Positions 18,738 through 28,070 of a stretch of DNA of 64,000 nt are shown here, in pieces (position 1 is the stretch's first letter; every line of letters starts with the position of its first letter). This DNA is from an uncultured Chloroflexia bacterium (GTDB lineage Bacteria > Chloroflexota > Limnocylindria > Limnocylindrales > CSP1-4): positions 832,001 through 896,000 of the forward strand of contig CAWHXD010000008.1 of the NCBI GenBank assembly GCA_963833225.1, read 5' to 3'. The translations under genes were made by a program, and so were the position numbers. The notes beneath the pieces were generated by a model. The model worked only from the letters and a program-made list of their open reading frames with translations. It searched no databases and was not told the origin of the DNA.

Positions 18738-18867
18738 GGACTGGCAGTCCACGCACGGGCGCGGACTCTCGTGGACTGGCCGTCCACGCACGGGCGCGGA
18801 CTCTCGTGGACTGGCCGTCCACGCACGGGCGCGGACTCTCGTGGACTGGCCGTCCACGCACGGGCGC
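18738..18867. repeat. Tandem repeat, 35 bp x ~3.7, each unit with a GTGGAC-N5-GTCCAC palindrome
   Basis: Units start at 18738, 18773, 18808 and 18843. No unique spacers. Confidence 0.92.
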
Positions 18868-18966
18868 TCTCGCGGCCTGCCGGCGGTCATGCCCGGCGCG
18901 TTGCCCGCCGGGGCGCGGACACTCGCGCTCCAGCCAGGCCCGGACCGGCGAACGTATGATCCACGC

Positions 18967-19776
18967 ATGCTGCTCGCGATCGACGTCGGGAACACGAACA
19001 TCACGCTGGGCCTCGTGGAGGGCGGCGCGATCTCCACGACTCGCCGGGCTGCCACGCACCGGGCCACGACCGTGGACGAGATGGAGCTGCTGCTCGACGG
19101 GCTGCTTGGCCTCGATGACCAGAGCCTCGACGGGGTGCGGGCCGCCGTCATGTGCTCGGTCGTCCCCGCCCAGACCGCCATCATCGAGGCCGTCGCGGAT
19201 CGCCGAACCCTCCCGATCCTGGTCGCGACCTCGGGGACCGTGCCGCTCGCGGTCCGGGTGGACCGGCCGGGCGAGGTCGGCCCGGACCGGATCGTCAACG
19301 CCCTGGCGGCCCAGCGCCTGTACGGCTGCCCGGCGGTGGTCGTGGACATGGGCACGGCCACCACCTACGACGCGGTCGGGCCCGACGGCGCCCTGCTGGG
19401 CGGCGCGATCGCGCCCGGGCTGATCCTTGGTCTCGAGGCGCTCGCGAGCCATACCGCCCGCCTGCCGCGGATCGAGCTCCGGACCCCGGACCGGGCGATC
19501 GGGCGCGACACGGTGGCCGCCATGCAGAGCGGGACTGTCTTTGGTTACCAGGCGGCGGTCACGGGCCTCCTGGCCCGCATCCGGGAAGAGCTGGCCGAGC
19601 TTGTCGACGCGCCGCTCAGCCAGGTCCACGGGATCCTGACCGGCGGGCTCTCGATGGAGCCCTGGGCCCGCGACGTGGAGGGCGTCGAGGTCATCGATCC
19701 CGACCTGACCCTCAAGGGCCTCGCGATCCTCTACGCGGAGGTCGCCGGCGGCGAGCCGCTGGAGGGATCGCGGTGA
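18967..19776 (+). CDS. coaX: Type III pantothenate kinase
   Basis: AIDVGNT, GPDR, VDMGTATT, GGAIAPG, LTGG. Confidence 0.95.
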   Translation: MLLAIDVGNTNITLGLVEGGAISTTRRAATHRATTVDEMELLLDGLLGLDDQSLDGVRAAVMCSVVPAQTAIIEAVADRRTLPILVATSGTVPLAVRVDRPGEVGPDRIVNALAAQRLYGCPAVVVDMGTATTYDAVGPDGALLGGAIAPGLILGLEALASHTARLPRIELRTPDRAIGRDTVAAMQSGTVFGYQAAVTGLLARIREELAELVDAPLSQVHGILTGGLSMEPWARDVEGVEVIDPDLTLKGLAILYAEVAGGEPLEGSR

Positions 19777-21117
19777 GCGAGCGCCTCGACGAGATCCACG
19801 GGCGCCTCGACGGGCGGCTGATCGGCCTGGGGGTCTGCGGATCCATCGCCGCCTACAAGGCCGTGGAGCTCCTGCGCCTGCTCCGGGCGGAGGGCGCGGA
19901 CGTGGTCGTGATGCTGACCCCGGCCGCCGCCCACTTCGTGGGGCCGCTGACCTTCGAGGCCCTCTCCCGGCACCCGGTCGAGACGGATGTCCTGGGGCTG
20001 CTGCCGGACCAGCGGATCGGGCACATCGTGGTCGCCGACAGCGCCGACGCGATCGTTGTTGCGCCCGCCACGGCCCGCTGGCTGGGCGCCATGGCCAACG
20101 GGATCGCCAACGACACCGTAACCGCGGCCTGCCTCGCGAGCGGCGCCCCGGTGGTGGTTGCGCCCGCCATGGACGGCGACATGTGGACGCACCGGGCGAC
20201 ACGCGACAACGTGGCCCGCCTGGAGCGCGACTTCGGATACCGGATCGTGCCGCCGGAGATCGGATCGCTGGCGTCCGGGCAGTCGGGCGTGGGACGGCTT
20301 GCCGAGCTCGGCGTGATCATCGACACCGTGGTCGCGGCGGTCGAAGGCCGGCCCGTCCGCGAGCCGGACCGAGGCGCAGCGCCCGCCACTCACCGAGCCG
20401 CCGCACGAGCGCGACCTCGAGGGTCGCCACGTGGTGGTCAGCGCGGGCGGGACGGCGGAGTCGATCGACCCGGTGCGGTTCATCGGCAACCGCAGCACCG
20501 GCCGGATGGGCGTCGCGATCGCCGACGCCGCGATCGCCCGCGGCGCGCGCGTGACCATCGTCGCCGGCCGGGTCGAGGTGCCGCTGCCCGCCGCCGCCAC
20601 GGTGATCCACGCGGAATCCACGGCCGCCATGCGCGGGGCCGTGATCGCTTCCGTGATCGAGCAGGCAGCCGACGCCCTCGTCATGGCCGCGGCCGTCGCC
20701 GACTTCCGGCCACGTGTCACGGCGACCACCAAGCTGACCCGCGGCGAGGGCACGACCCTCGAGCTCGAGCCAACGGAGGACATCCTCGCCGAGGTCGGCG
20801 CCCGAGCGGGCGAGCTGGACCGCCGGCCGGTGATCGTGGGCTTTGCCGCCGAGACCGGCTCGCTGGATCGTGCCCCGGACAAGCTCCGCCGCAAGGGCGC
20901 GGATCTCCTGGTCGCCAACGACGTCAGCGAACCCGGGTCAGGGTTCGGGACGGACACGAACCGGGTCACGATCCTCGCCGCGGACGGCTCGCGCGACGAT
21001 CTGCCGCTGCTCTCCAAGCGCCAGGTCGCGGACCGGCTGCTGGACCGGGTCGCGGCCGCGTTGGACGATCGTGACGCACGGGCGCACACTGGCGCGACCA
21101 TGGAGAACAGCCGATGA
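19773..21117 (+). CDS. coaBC: Phosphopantothenoylcysteine decarboxylase/ligase, frameshift near 20385
   Basis: GSIAAYK, APAM and GVGRL in the first frame. SAGGT...DPVRFIGNRSTGRMG, AAVAD, GFAAET and VANDV in the second. Confidence 0.93.
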
Positions 21118-22034
21118 GTGCCCAGTCCGAGACCGTCCGCCGCCTGTCCGTGGTGGACATCGCCAAGCTGTACGCCGACGGCATCCGGATTGCCACGATC
21201 ACCGCGTACGACTACCCCACCGCCGCGCTCGTGGACGAGGCCGGGATCCCGCTGATCCTCGTCGGCGACTCGCTGGCCCAGGTGCTGCTGGGCTACGACA
21301 CGACGGTCCGCGTGTCGATGGACGAGATGCTCCATCACACCAAGGCCGTGGTGCGGGGCTCCAGGCACGCCCTCGTCGTTGGCGACATGCCGTTCCTGTC
21401 CTACTCGACGCCCGACGACGCCGTCGCCAACGCGGGCCGCTTCCTGCGGGAAGGCGGGGCCCAGGCCGTGAAGATCGAGGGCGGCGCGCGGAGCGCCCGG
21501 ACGATCGAGGCGCTGGTGCGAGCGGGCATCCCGGTCATGGCCCACATCGGGCTCACGCCGCAGGCGATCAACGCGATCGGCCGCGTCCGGGTCCAGGGCA
21601 AGAGCCGGGAGCAGGCGCGCTCCCTGCTGGCCGATGCCCTCGCCGTCCAGGAGGCGGGCGCGTTCGCGGTCGTCCTGGAGCTCGTTCCCGGGCAGCTCGC
21701 CGAGGCCATCACGCAGCGACTGCGCATCCCGACGATCGGGATCGGGGCGGGGGCCGGCTGCTCGGGCCAGATCCAGGTCATCACCGACACCCTCGGCTGG
21801 AGCGACTGGGCCCCCAAGCACGCCCGCCGGTACGCGGACCTCCGCGGGACCATCCTCGAGGCGATCCGTGCCTACCGCAGCGACGTGGAGCGAGGCGACT
21901 TCCCGGGCGACGCGGAGACCGTCCTGATGGATCCGTCGGTGCTGGACGAGGTGCTGGGCCGCACGGACCAGGACCGGGCGAGCACCGGCAGCTCGGCGAA
22001 CCTCGCCGGCATCCCGCTCGACCGCGACCTCTAG
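21114..22034 (+). CDS. panB: 3-methyl-2-oxobutanoate hydroxymethyltransferase
   Basis: TAYD, LVGDS, DMPF, VKIEGG, HIGLTPQ, TIGIGAG. Confidence 0.97.
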   Translation: MSAQSETVRRLSVVDIAKLYADGIRIATITAYDYPTAALVDEAGIPLILVGDSLAQVLLGYDTTVRVSMDEMLHHTKAVVRGSRHALVVGDMPFLSYSTPDDAVANAGRFLREGGAQAVKIEGGARSARTIEALVRAGIPVMAHIGLTPQAINAIGRVRVQGKSREQARSLLADALAVQEAGAFAVVLELVPGQLAEAITQRLRIPTIGIGAGAGCSGQIQVITDTLGWSDWAPKHARRYADLRGTILEAIRAYRSDVERGDFPGDAETVLMDPSVLDEVLGRTDQDRASTGSSANLAGIPLDRDL

Positions 22035-22064
22035 GCCCGGCACCAGGCCTCCGTCCGCCACCCG

Positions 22065-22898
22065 ATGCAGGTCGTCCGGACGCGAGCCGACCTGCGGGCA
22101 GTCCTGACCACGGCCCCGCGACCCGTCGGGCTGGTGCCCACGATGGGCTGGCTGCACGCGGGTCACGTGTCGCTCGTGGAGCGGGCACGCGCCGAGAGCG
22201 CAACGGTCGTCATGTCGATCTTCGTCAACCCGAGGCAGTTCGGCGAGACCGCCGACTTCGAGCGCTACCCGCGAAACGAGGCCCGGGACCTCGAGCGGGC
22301 CGAGGCCGCCGGTGTCGACGTGGTGTTCGCGCCCGATGTGGACGAGGTCTACCCGCCCGGGTTCGACACCGTGGTGTCCGTGGGTGCGATCTCGCGACCG
22401 CTGGAGGGTGCCGCGCGGCCCGGCCACTTCGCCGGCGTGGCGACCGTCGTGGCGATCCTGTTCGCGCTCGTCGGTGCCGAGCGGGCGTACTTTGGCCTCA
22501 AGGACTACCAGCAGGTCCGGGTGATCGCCCGGATGGCGCGGGACCTCGCGCTGCCGACCGAGGTGGTGGCGTGCGAGACGGTGCGCGAGCCGGACGGCCT
22601 GGCGCTGTCCTCACGCAACGCCAGGCTGACGCCGGCGGGCCGGGCGGCGGCTCCGGTGCTGCGGCGGGCGCTGCTCGCGGGTGCGGACCGGGTGCGCGAA
22701 GGCGAGCTGTCCGGCGCGAGCGTCCGCAAGGCGATGGTCGCGGTCCTCGCGGAGGAGCCGGCCGCCACGTGTGACTACGTGTCCGTGGCGGATCCGGAGA
22801 CGCTGGACGAGCTGGACGTCGTCCCGGGGCGGGCCCTGCTCTCGCTCGCGGCCCGGATCGACGGCGTCCGCCTGATCGACAACGAACGGGTCCCGTAG
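22065..22898 (+). CDS. panC: Pantoate--beta-alanine ligase
   Basis: VPTMGWLHAGH, FVNP, RPGHF, KDYQQ, LALSSRN, RLIDN. Confidence 0.97.
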   Translation: MQVVRTRADLRAVLTTAPRPVGLVPTMGWLHAGHVSLVERARAESATVVMSIFVNPRQFGETADFERYPRNEARDLERAEAAGVDVVFAPDVDEVYPPGFDTVVSVGAISRPLEGAARPGHFAGVATVVAILFALVGAERAYFGLKDYQQVRVIARMARDLALPTEVVACETVREPDGLALSSRNARLTPAGRAAAPVLRRALLAGADRVREGELSGASVRKAMVAVLAEEPAATCDYVSVADPETLDELDVVPGRALLSLAARIDGVRLIDNERVP

Positions 22899-22914
22899 CG
22901 GCGCGGGTCATCAA

Positions 22915-23001
22915 GGGCTTCGCGGCGCGGTCAGCGCTGGGCTTCGCGGCGCGGTCAGCACTGGGCTTCGCGGCGCGGTCAGCACTGGGCTTCGCGGCGC
23001 G
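22915..23001. repeat. Tandem repeat, 24 bp x ~3.6
   Basis: gggcttcgcggcgcggtcagc(g/a)ct units at 22915, 22939, 22963 and 22987, between convergent genes. Confidence 0.9.
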
Positions 23002-23008
23002 ATGCGGC

Positions 23009-24181
23009 TCAGTCCAGCCGCGCCTCCCTCGCCACCTCGAGGAACCGGTCCATCACCAGGTGCTCCCAGACCAGCGCCTTGATGAGTTCGATCTTGCCCG
23101 TGTCCTCGGGATGCGTCTTGACGAGCAGGTTCTGGAGCTCTGAGGCGACCGTGTATGTGTCCTCGGCGACGATCGCTGCGAACATGCTGGCGTTGCGAAC
23201 CGCTGCGAGCACCTCGGGGCGAGGCCGGTAGCCACCGGTGAGGATGATCCCCAGCGCCTTGCCCTCGGGGCCCGCGTCGATGGCCCCCGGCGTCTCGCCC
23301 ACCAGGCTCTCGAGGTGCGACACCACCGCCGGCGTGGAGGGTCGGGCGGCGATGTGGGCGGCGGCGAGGGTCAGGATGGCGTCCTCGCGGTCACCTGGGA
23401 CGATCACCAGGGTCCGCGGTCCCACGTGCCGCAGCATGTGATGCGGCTCCATCGCTCCGATGGCGACGCTCCCGATCACCGCGTCGAGATCCGGCCCGGG
23501 GCAGATGAGCTCGCCCTGGACACCCTTGAGGATGATCCCCAGCGTGGGGTTGGACAGGATGGGCCGGTACGGGAGCACCCCGAGGAGCGGGATGCCGTAG
23601 CGGGCCAGCCCGCGCTCCAGCGTCTTCTCGATCCCGGGGGACTCGTCGACCCGGATCTTGTTGACGATCGCGCCGGCCACCGGGACGCCGTGCGCCTCGA
23701 AGTGCGAGGCATTGAGGACGATCTCGTCGATCGGCCGCCCGACGCCTCCCTCGGAGACGATCACGACCGGAGCCTTGAGCATCGAGGCGACCTTCGCGTT
23801 GGACAGCCCCACCACGGCCCCGACGCCGGCATGGCCCGTCCCCTCGAGCAGCAGGATCTCGTGGCCCGCGAAATGGCGCTGCGCCGCCATGATGGGCGCC
23901 TCCATGTCCTCGACCATGCCGCCGTTGAGGTAGCGCTTGGTGAACCCGCGCGGGATGTGCACCGGGCTCATCGCCCAGAAGGGGTCGGTCAGGTCGAACG
24001 TCCGCCGCATGAGGTCCGCGTCCTCGTCGCACGGCTGGCCATCGATGATCATCGTGCGCTGCCCAACGGGCTTGGAGAACCCCGTTCGATAGCCGCGCCG
24101 GCGGAAGCCGTCGAGCAGCCCGAGGCTGGCCGTGGTCTTGCCGCGGTTCTGGCCGGTGGCCGCGAGGAACAGCTGGCGCAC
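23009..24181 (-). CDS. BioD-like/AAA_26 + DRTGG domain protein (stand-alone Pta N-terminal region)
   Basis: ATGQNRGKTT P-loop, SKPVG, LEGTG, IVNK, IGAM, PGDRED, ILTGG. Confidence 0.85.
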   Translation of the reverse strand: MRQLFLAATGQNRGKTTASLGLLDGFRRRGYRTGFSKPVGQRTMIIDGQPCDEDADLMRRTFDLTDPFWAMSPVHIPRGFTKRYLNGGMVEDMEAPIMAAQRHFAGHEILLLEGTGHAGVGAVVGLSNAKVASMLKAPVVIVSEGGVGRPIDEIVLNASHFEAHGVPVAGAIVNKIRVDESPGIEKTLERGLARYGIPLLGVLPYRPILSNPTLGIILKGVQGELICPGPDLDAVIGSVAIGAMEPHHMLRHVGPRTLVIVPGDREDAILTLAAAHIAARPSTPAVVSHLESLVGETPGAIDAGPEGKALGIILTGGYRPRPEVLAAVRNASMFAAIVAEDTYTVASELQNLLVKTHPEDTGKIELIKALVWEHLVMDRFLEVAREARLD

Positions 24182-24191
24182 CGCGCGACGC

Positions 24192-24797
24192 CTAGCCGCG
24201 TGGGCCGGTCTTGCGCTCGATCAGCTGGACGGCCTCGCGCAGCCGGGTGAGAGCCTCCTCGTCCACGCTGTCGGGCTCGAGGTACGGGCCCAACCGCTCC
24301 ATGATGTCCGTCACCAGGCCCAGGAACACGGCAGCGTCGGCGACGAAGAACTGGGGCTCGTTGTTGTAGCGGACCATCGTCAGCCGCCCCTGCAGCACCC
24401 GGCGCTCCTCGACATGCGCGACCTGCGTGCTGAAGTTGTGCCCCTGGATGCCGTCGGGGTTGTTGAGGAAGTTGAGGGCGTTGTCGATGGCCAGGCCGAA
24501 CCGCGCCCGCCACGCCACCAGCCGCTCGTGGACCTCGGGCGGGATGCGGACCTCGGCCACCTCTTCGAACACCTCGGGCGCCACCGTGAGCAGGCCGACC
24601 AGCGTCGTGCCCGCCCGGGCGCCGAGCATCACCTGGAGGCTCCGCTCGAGGGTGAACACCTCCGAATCGAACCGGGGGCTGGTGATGACGTCGGTCAGGA
24701 GATCCTCGACATTGTCGAGGCTGCCCGGGTCGTTGACGGCGTTGGCGAGATGGAGGATCTCCTCCTTGAAGAGGAACTTCTCCTCGTGGTCAAGCAT
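24192..24797 (-). CDS. Hypothetical protein (201 aa)
   Basis: Acidic globular-looking ORF with high-GC codon pattern, 10 bp upstream of the DRTGG gene. Confidence 0.75.
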   Translation of the reverse strand: MLDHEEKFLFKEEILHLANAVNDPGSLDNVEDLLTDVITSPRFDSEVFTLERSLQVMLGARAGTTLVGLLTVAPEVFEEVAEVRIPPEVHERLVAWRARFGLAIDNALNFLNNPDGIQGHNFSTQVAHVEERRVLQGRLTMVRYNNEPQFFVADAAVFLGLVTDIMERLGPYLEPDSVDEEALTRLREAVQLIERKTGPRG

Positions 24798-24872
24798 TCA
24801 GCGATGGTAACAGCCAACCGGCCGCGCTCAGGCGCCTGAAGTCCCCGATTGCCGCAATGGGCGGACCGAATC

Positions 24873-24900
24873 AAAACGGCCCGGACGAACCGGGCCGTTT
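24873..24900 (-). terminator. Intrinsic terminator after gdhA
   Basis: aaacggcccgg-N5-ccgggccgttt hairpin followed by a T-tract on the minus strand. Confidence 0.7.
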
Positions 24901-24945
24901 CGAGCGTTCTGAACGTGCCGGCGGCGGTCACCCGCCGCGAGGGAC

Positions 24946-26211
24946 CTACGGATACAGCCCGCGCAGGGCGGTGGCATCGGCCACGCGCTGGACGGCGAGC
25001 AGGTAGGCACCCGTCCGCATGTTGACGTGCTGGCCCTGGGCCTGCGCGAGCACCTCGGCGAAGGCCTTGACCATGATCACCTTGAGCTTGGCGTTGACGT
25101 CGGCCTCGGTCCAGTGGTCCCGGTTGAGATCCTGGACCCACTCGAAGTAGCTGACCGTGACGCCGCCGGCGTTGCACAGGATGTCCGGGATCAGGAACAC
25201 GCCGTTGCGGAACAGGATCTCGTCCGCCTCGGGCGTCGTGGGGCCGTTGGCGGCCTCGGCAACGATCCTGGCCTTGACGTTGCCGGCGTTGCTCGCCGTG
25301 ATCTGGTTCTCGAGAGCCGCCGGGATGAGCACGTCGCACTCGGTCTCGAGGACCTCGGCATTCGTGATCGTCTCGGAGCCCGGGAAGCCGACGACGGTCC
25401 CGTGCTCGGCCTTCCACTGGAGGACCCGGGCGATGTCGAGGCCGGCCATGTTGCGGATGCCGCCCTGCGAGTCGGACACGGCGACGACCGTCGCGCCTTC
25501 CTCGACCATGAGCCCGGCCGCGATGTTGCCGGCGTTGCCGAAGCCCTGGACGGCGACCTTCGCCCCCCGGAGCTCCATCCCGAGGTGCCTGGCAGCCTCG
25601 ACGATCGTGTACACGCAGCCACGCGCCGTGGCCTCGTTGCGGCCTTCGGAGCCGCCCAGGCTGATCGGCTTGCCGGTCACGACGCCCGGGACCGTGTACC
25701 CGACGTGCATCGAGTACGTGTCCATGAACCAGGACATGATCTGGGGCGTGGTGTTGACGTCAGGGGCGGGAATGTCGCTCTGGGGCCCGATGAGGACCTC
25801 GATCTCGGTGAAGAACCGGCGGCTGAGGCCTTCCAGCTCCTTCATCGAGAGCTTCTTGGGGTCGACGATCACGCCGCCCTTGCCGCCGCCGTAGGGGATC
25901 CCCACGACCGCGCACTTCCAGGTCATCCACATCGCGAGGGCCTTGACCTCGTCGATGGAGACGTCCTGGTGGTAGCGAATGCCGCCCTTCGCGGGGCCAC
26001 GACCCAGATTGTGCTGGACACGGTAGCCCGTGAAGACCTGCACCGACCCGTCGTCCATGTGGACCGGGAAATGGACCGTGAGCTCGCGGCGCGGCTCGCG
26101 CAGCACGCGCCGGAGGCCGGTGTCGAGGTTGAGCATCTCGGCCGCGAGATCGAATTGCTGCTGCGCGACCTGCCAGGCGTTGACCTGGGCCGCAGCGTTT
26201 TCCGTCGTCAT
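24946..26211 (-). CDS. gdhA: Glu/Leu/Phe/Val dehydrogenase (glutamate dehydrogenase)
   Basis: GPAKGGIRY, MTWK, GGGKGG, DIPAPD, QGFGNAG, EAANGP, NAGGVTVSYFEW. Confidence 0.93.
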   Translation of the reverse strand: MTTENAAAQVNAWQVAQQQFDLAAEMLNLDTGLRRVLREPRRELTVHFPVHMDDGSVQVFTGYRVQHNLGRGPAKGGIRYHQDVSIDEVKALAMWMTWKCAVVGIPYGGGKGGVIVDPKKLSMKELEGLSRRFFTEIEVLIGPQSDIPAPDVNTTPQIMSWFMDTYSMHVGYTVPGVVTGKPISLGGSEGRNEATARGCVYTIVEAARHLGMELRGAKVAVQGFGNAGNIAAGLMVEEGATVVAVSDSQGGIRNMAGLDIARVLQWKAEHGTVVGFPGSETITNAEVLETECDVLIPAALENQITASNAGNVKARIVAEAANGPTTPEADEILFRNGVFLIPDILCNAGGVTVSYFEWVQDLNRDHWTEADVNAKLKVIMVKAFAEVLAQAQGQHVNMRTGAYLLAVQRVADATALRGLYP

Positions 26212-26636
26212 GAACGGATCGTCCTCGGTAGGTGGGCGGCTGACGCCGTCCGTGATCGGTGAGCCGTCTTCCGGACGACTCGACGGGGACGGGTCCGGCC
26301 GCCGGCCGTGACATGGCCGAGCGGACGCCACACGCCGCCTTCTGAGTTCGAGTATAGCCGCGAGCGGCTCGGGACCACGGGCCGCTCGTCACCGTCGCGC
26401 AACCATTCCGTCACCCGCTCGGCCGTGTCGAGTGGCAGGGGTGGCGGCCCGGCAAGCGGGAGTGGGGCGCGGCGCCGCTCCGGGCGCCCGACGCCCCGCG
26501 GCGGGCCCCGTGGCGGAGCCTGTCGCCGTCGCCCCGTGGCGGGAGCCCCGAGCGCATGTCCCGCGGTCCCGCGCCGCGGTCCCGCGCCGTCGTCCCTCCC
26601 GGGCGCCCGACGCCGTCGCCCCTCCCGGGCGCCCGA

Positions 26637-26780
26637 CGCCCCAACGAGCGCGTCAACGAGTCGATTGGGCGCGGGGCGCCCGGACGGTCGCCCCGGAGAC
26701 CGCCTCCGCGTAACGGGTGGGTCGCTGGCCGCCCAGATCGCCACGTCGTGCGACCGTTCGGGCGCCGGGAGCCCGGGGCG
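26637..26780 (-). repeat. Dispersed ~145-bp element, family 2 (inverted homolog of 39845..39989)
   Basis: Reverse complement aligns almost without gaps to 39845..39989. Confidence 0.7.
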
Positions 26781-26957
26781 TGGGCCATGCCGGGAGCCCG
26801 GGGCGTGGGCAGTGCCGGGAGCCCGGGGCGTGGGCAGTGCCGGGAGCCCGGGGCGTGGGCAGTGCCGGGAGCCCGGGGCGTGGGCCATGCCGGGAGCCCG
26901 GGGCGTGGGCCATGCCGGGAGCCCGGGGCGTGGACCGGGCCGGGAGCCCGGAGCGTG
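26764..26957. repeat. Tandem repeat, 25 bp x ~8, bracketed by an 18-bp direct repeat
   Basis: gccgggagcccggggcgtgggc(ca/ag)t units from 26764 to 26939. cgtgcgaccgttcgggcg at 26747-26764 and 26954-26971. Confidence 0.92.
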
Positions 26958-27002
26958 CGACCGTTCGGGCGGAGTCCCCTCCCCGCTTGCCACGGGCAGC
27001 GG

Positions 27003-27848
27003 TCAGCCCTTGAGGACGATCACCGCGCCCACGCAGCCGGGACCGAGGTGAGGACCCACGGACGGGCCGACCGTTCGCACCTGGACCATGGACGGATCCA
27101 GGCCGGACCGCTCCAGGAACCGGGCGTGGAACTGGTCCACGTCGGCATGGGTGGTGTGCAGGATCGAGGCCCGCTCCATCGGCCGTTCGGTCAGCAGCTC
27201 GAGGCAGCGCTCGCGGGCCTTGGCCCGTGTCCGGACGCGCTCGGCGTTCTCGACGATGCCTTCCCGCACGGTGATGATCGGCTTGATCGAGAGCATCGTG
27301 CCCATCGCTGCCCGGGCACCGCTGATCCGCCCGCCGCGCTTGAGGTACTCGAGGGTGTCGAGGGCGACGTACAGGTCCAGTCGCCCCTTCGTCTCTTCCA
27401 GGGCGGCTGCGATCTCGGCGCCGCTCGCGCCGGCGGCGGCGAGCTCGGCTCCGATCTGCGCGAGCATGCCCTGACCCATGGACGCGGAGCGCGAGTCGAC
27501 GACGTGGACCTCGCGATCCGGCAGGTCCCGGGCGCCGAGGGTCGCCGACTTGAGCGTGCCCGACAGGTCCCCCGAGACGGTCACGCACACGACGGCCTCG
27601 GCCCCTGCATCGAAGGCGGCCTGGTAGGCCTGCCGGAACTCGCCGGGCGCCGCTGCCGCCGTGGTCGGGAACGGGGCGTCCGGCGCCGTCATCCGGACCC
27701 AGAACTCGTCCGTGGTGAGGTTCACCCCGGGGCGAAACGTGTCCGCGCCAAAGGTGACCACGAGGGGGACCACGGTGATCCCGGCCTGGGCGGCGACCTC
27801 GGGCGGCAGGTCGCTGGCGGAGTCGGTGACGATCGCGACACGAGACAC
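27003..27848 (-). CDS. DegV family fatty-acid-binding protein
   Basis: IVTDSASDL, SGDLSGT, VVDSR, YLKRGGRIS, IKPII, HLGPG. Confidence 0.94.
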   Translation of the reverse strand: MSRVAIVTDSASDLPPEVAAQAGITVVPLVVTFGADTFRPGVNLTTDEFWVRMTAPDAPFPTTAAAAPGEFRQAYQAAFDAGAEAVVCVTVSGDLSGTLKSATLGARDLPDREVHVVDSRSASMGQGMLAQIGAELAAAGASGAEIAAALEETKGRLDLYVALDTLEYLKRGGRISGARAAMGTMLSIKPIITVREGIVENAERVRTRAKARERCLELLTERPMERASILHTTHADVDQFHARFLERSGLDPSMVQVRTVGPSVGPHLGPGCVGAVIVLKG

Positions 27849-27931
27849 GGTCTGGCTCCTCCTCCGAGCTCACGGGCCCCGCCCAACGGGGGGTGGGCTG
27901 CCGTGGCGAGGATGATACGGAGCCACGGCCA

Positions 27932-28003
27932 GCCCGGGGAGCCGAATCGGGCCGCTCCCGGCCCGGGGAGCCGAATCGGGCCGCTCCCGGCCCGGGGAGC
28001 CGA
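27932..28003. repeat. Tandem repeat, 29 bp x ~2.5
   Basis: gcccggggagccgaatcgggccgctcccg at 27932 and 27961, partial copy at 27990. Confidence 0.85.
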
Positions 28004-28070
28004 TGCGGTTCGCTCGCGACCATCGCCCGATCGTGGCGCGCAGGAGCGTGCGGCCCGGTAGGCTCAACGC

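Noticed and set aside
18738-18867. 35-bp palindromic repeats as a CRISPR array
   Set aside because: Units are contiguous with no unique spacers, and there are no cas genes in the window.
26764-26957. 25-bp repeats as CRISPR or a coding repeat
   Set aside because: No spacers. Overlapping ORFs are low-complexity Pro/Arg/Gly translations in several frames.
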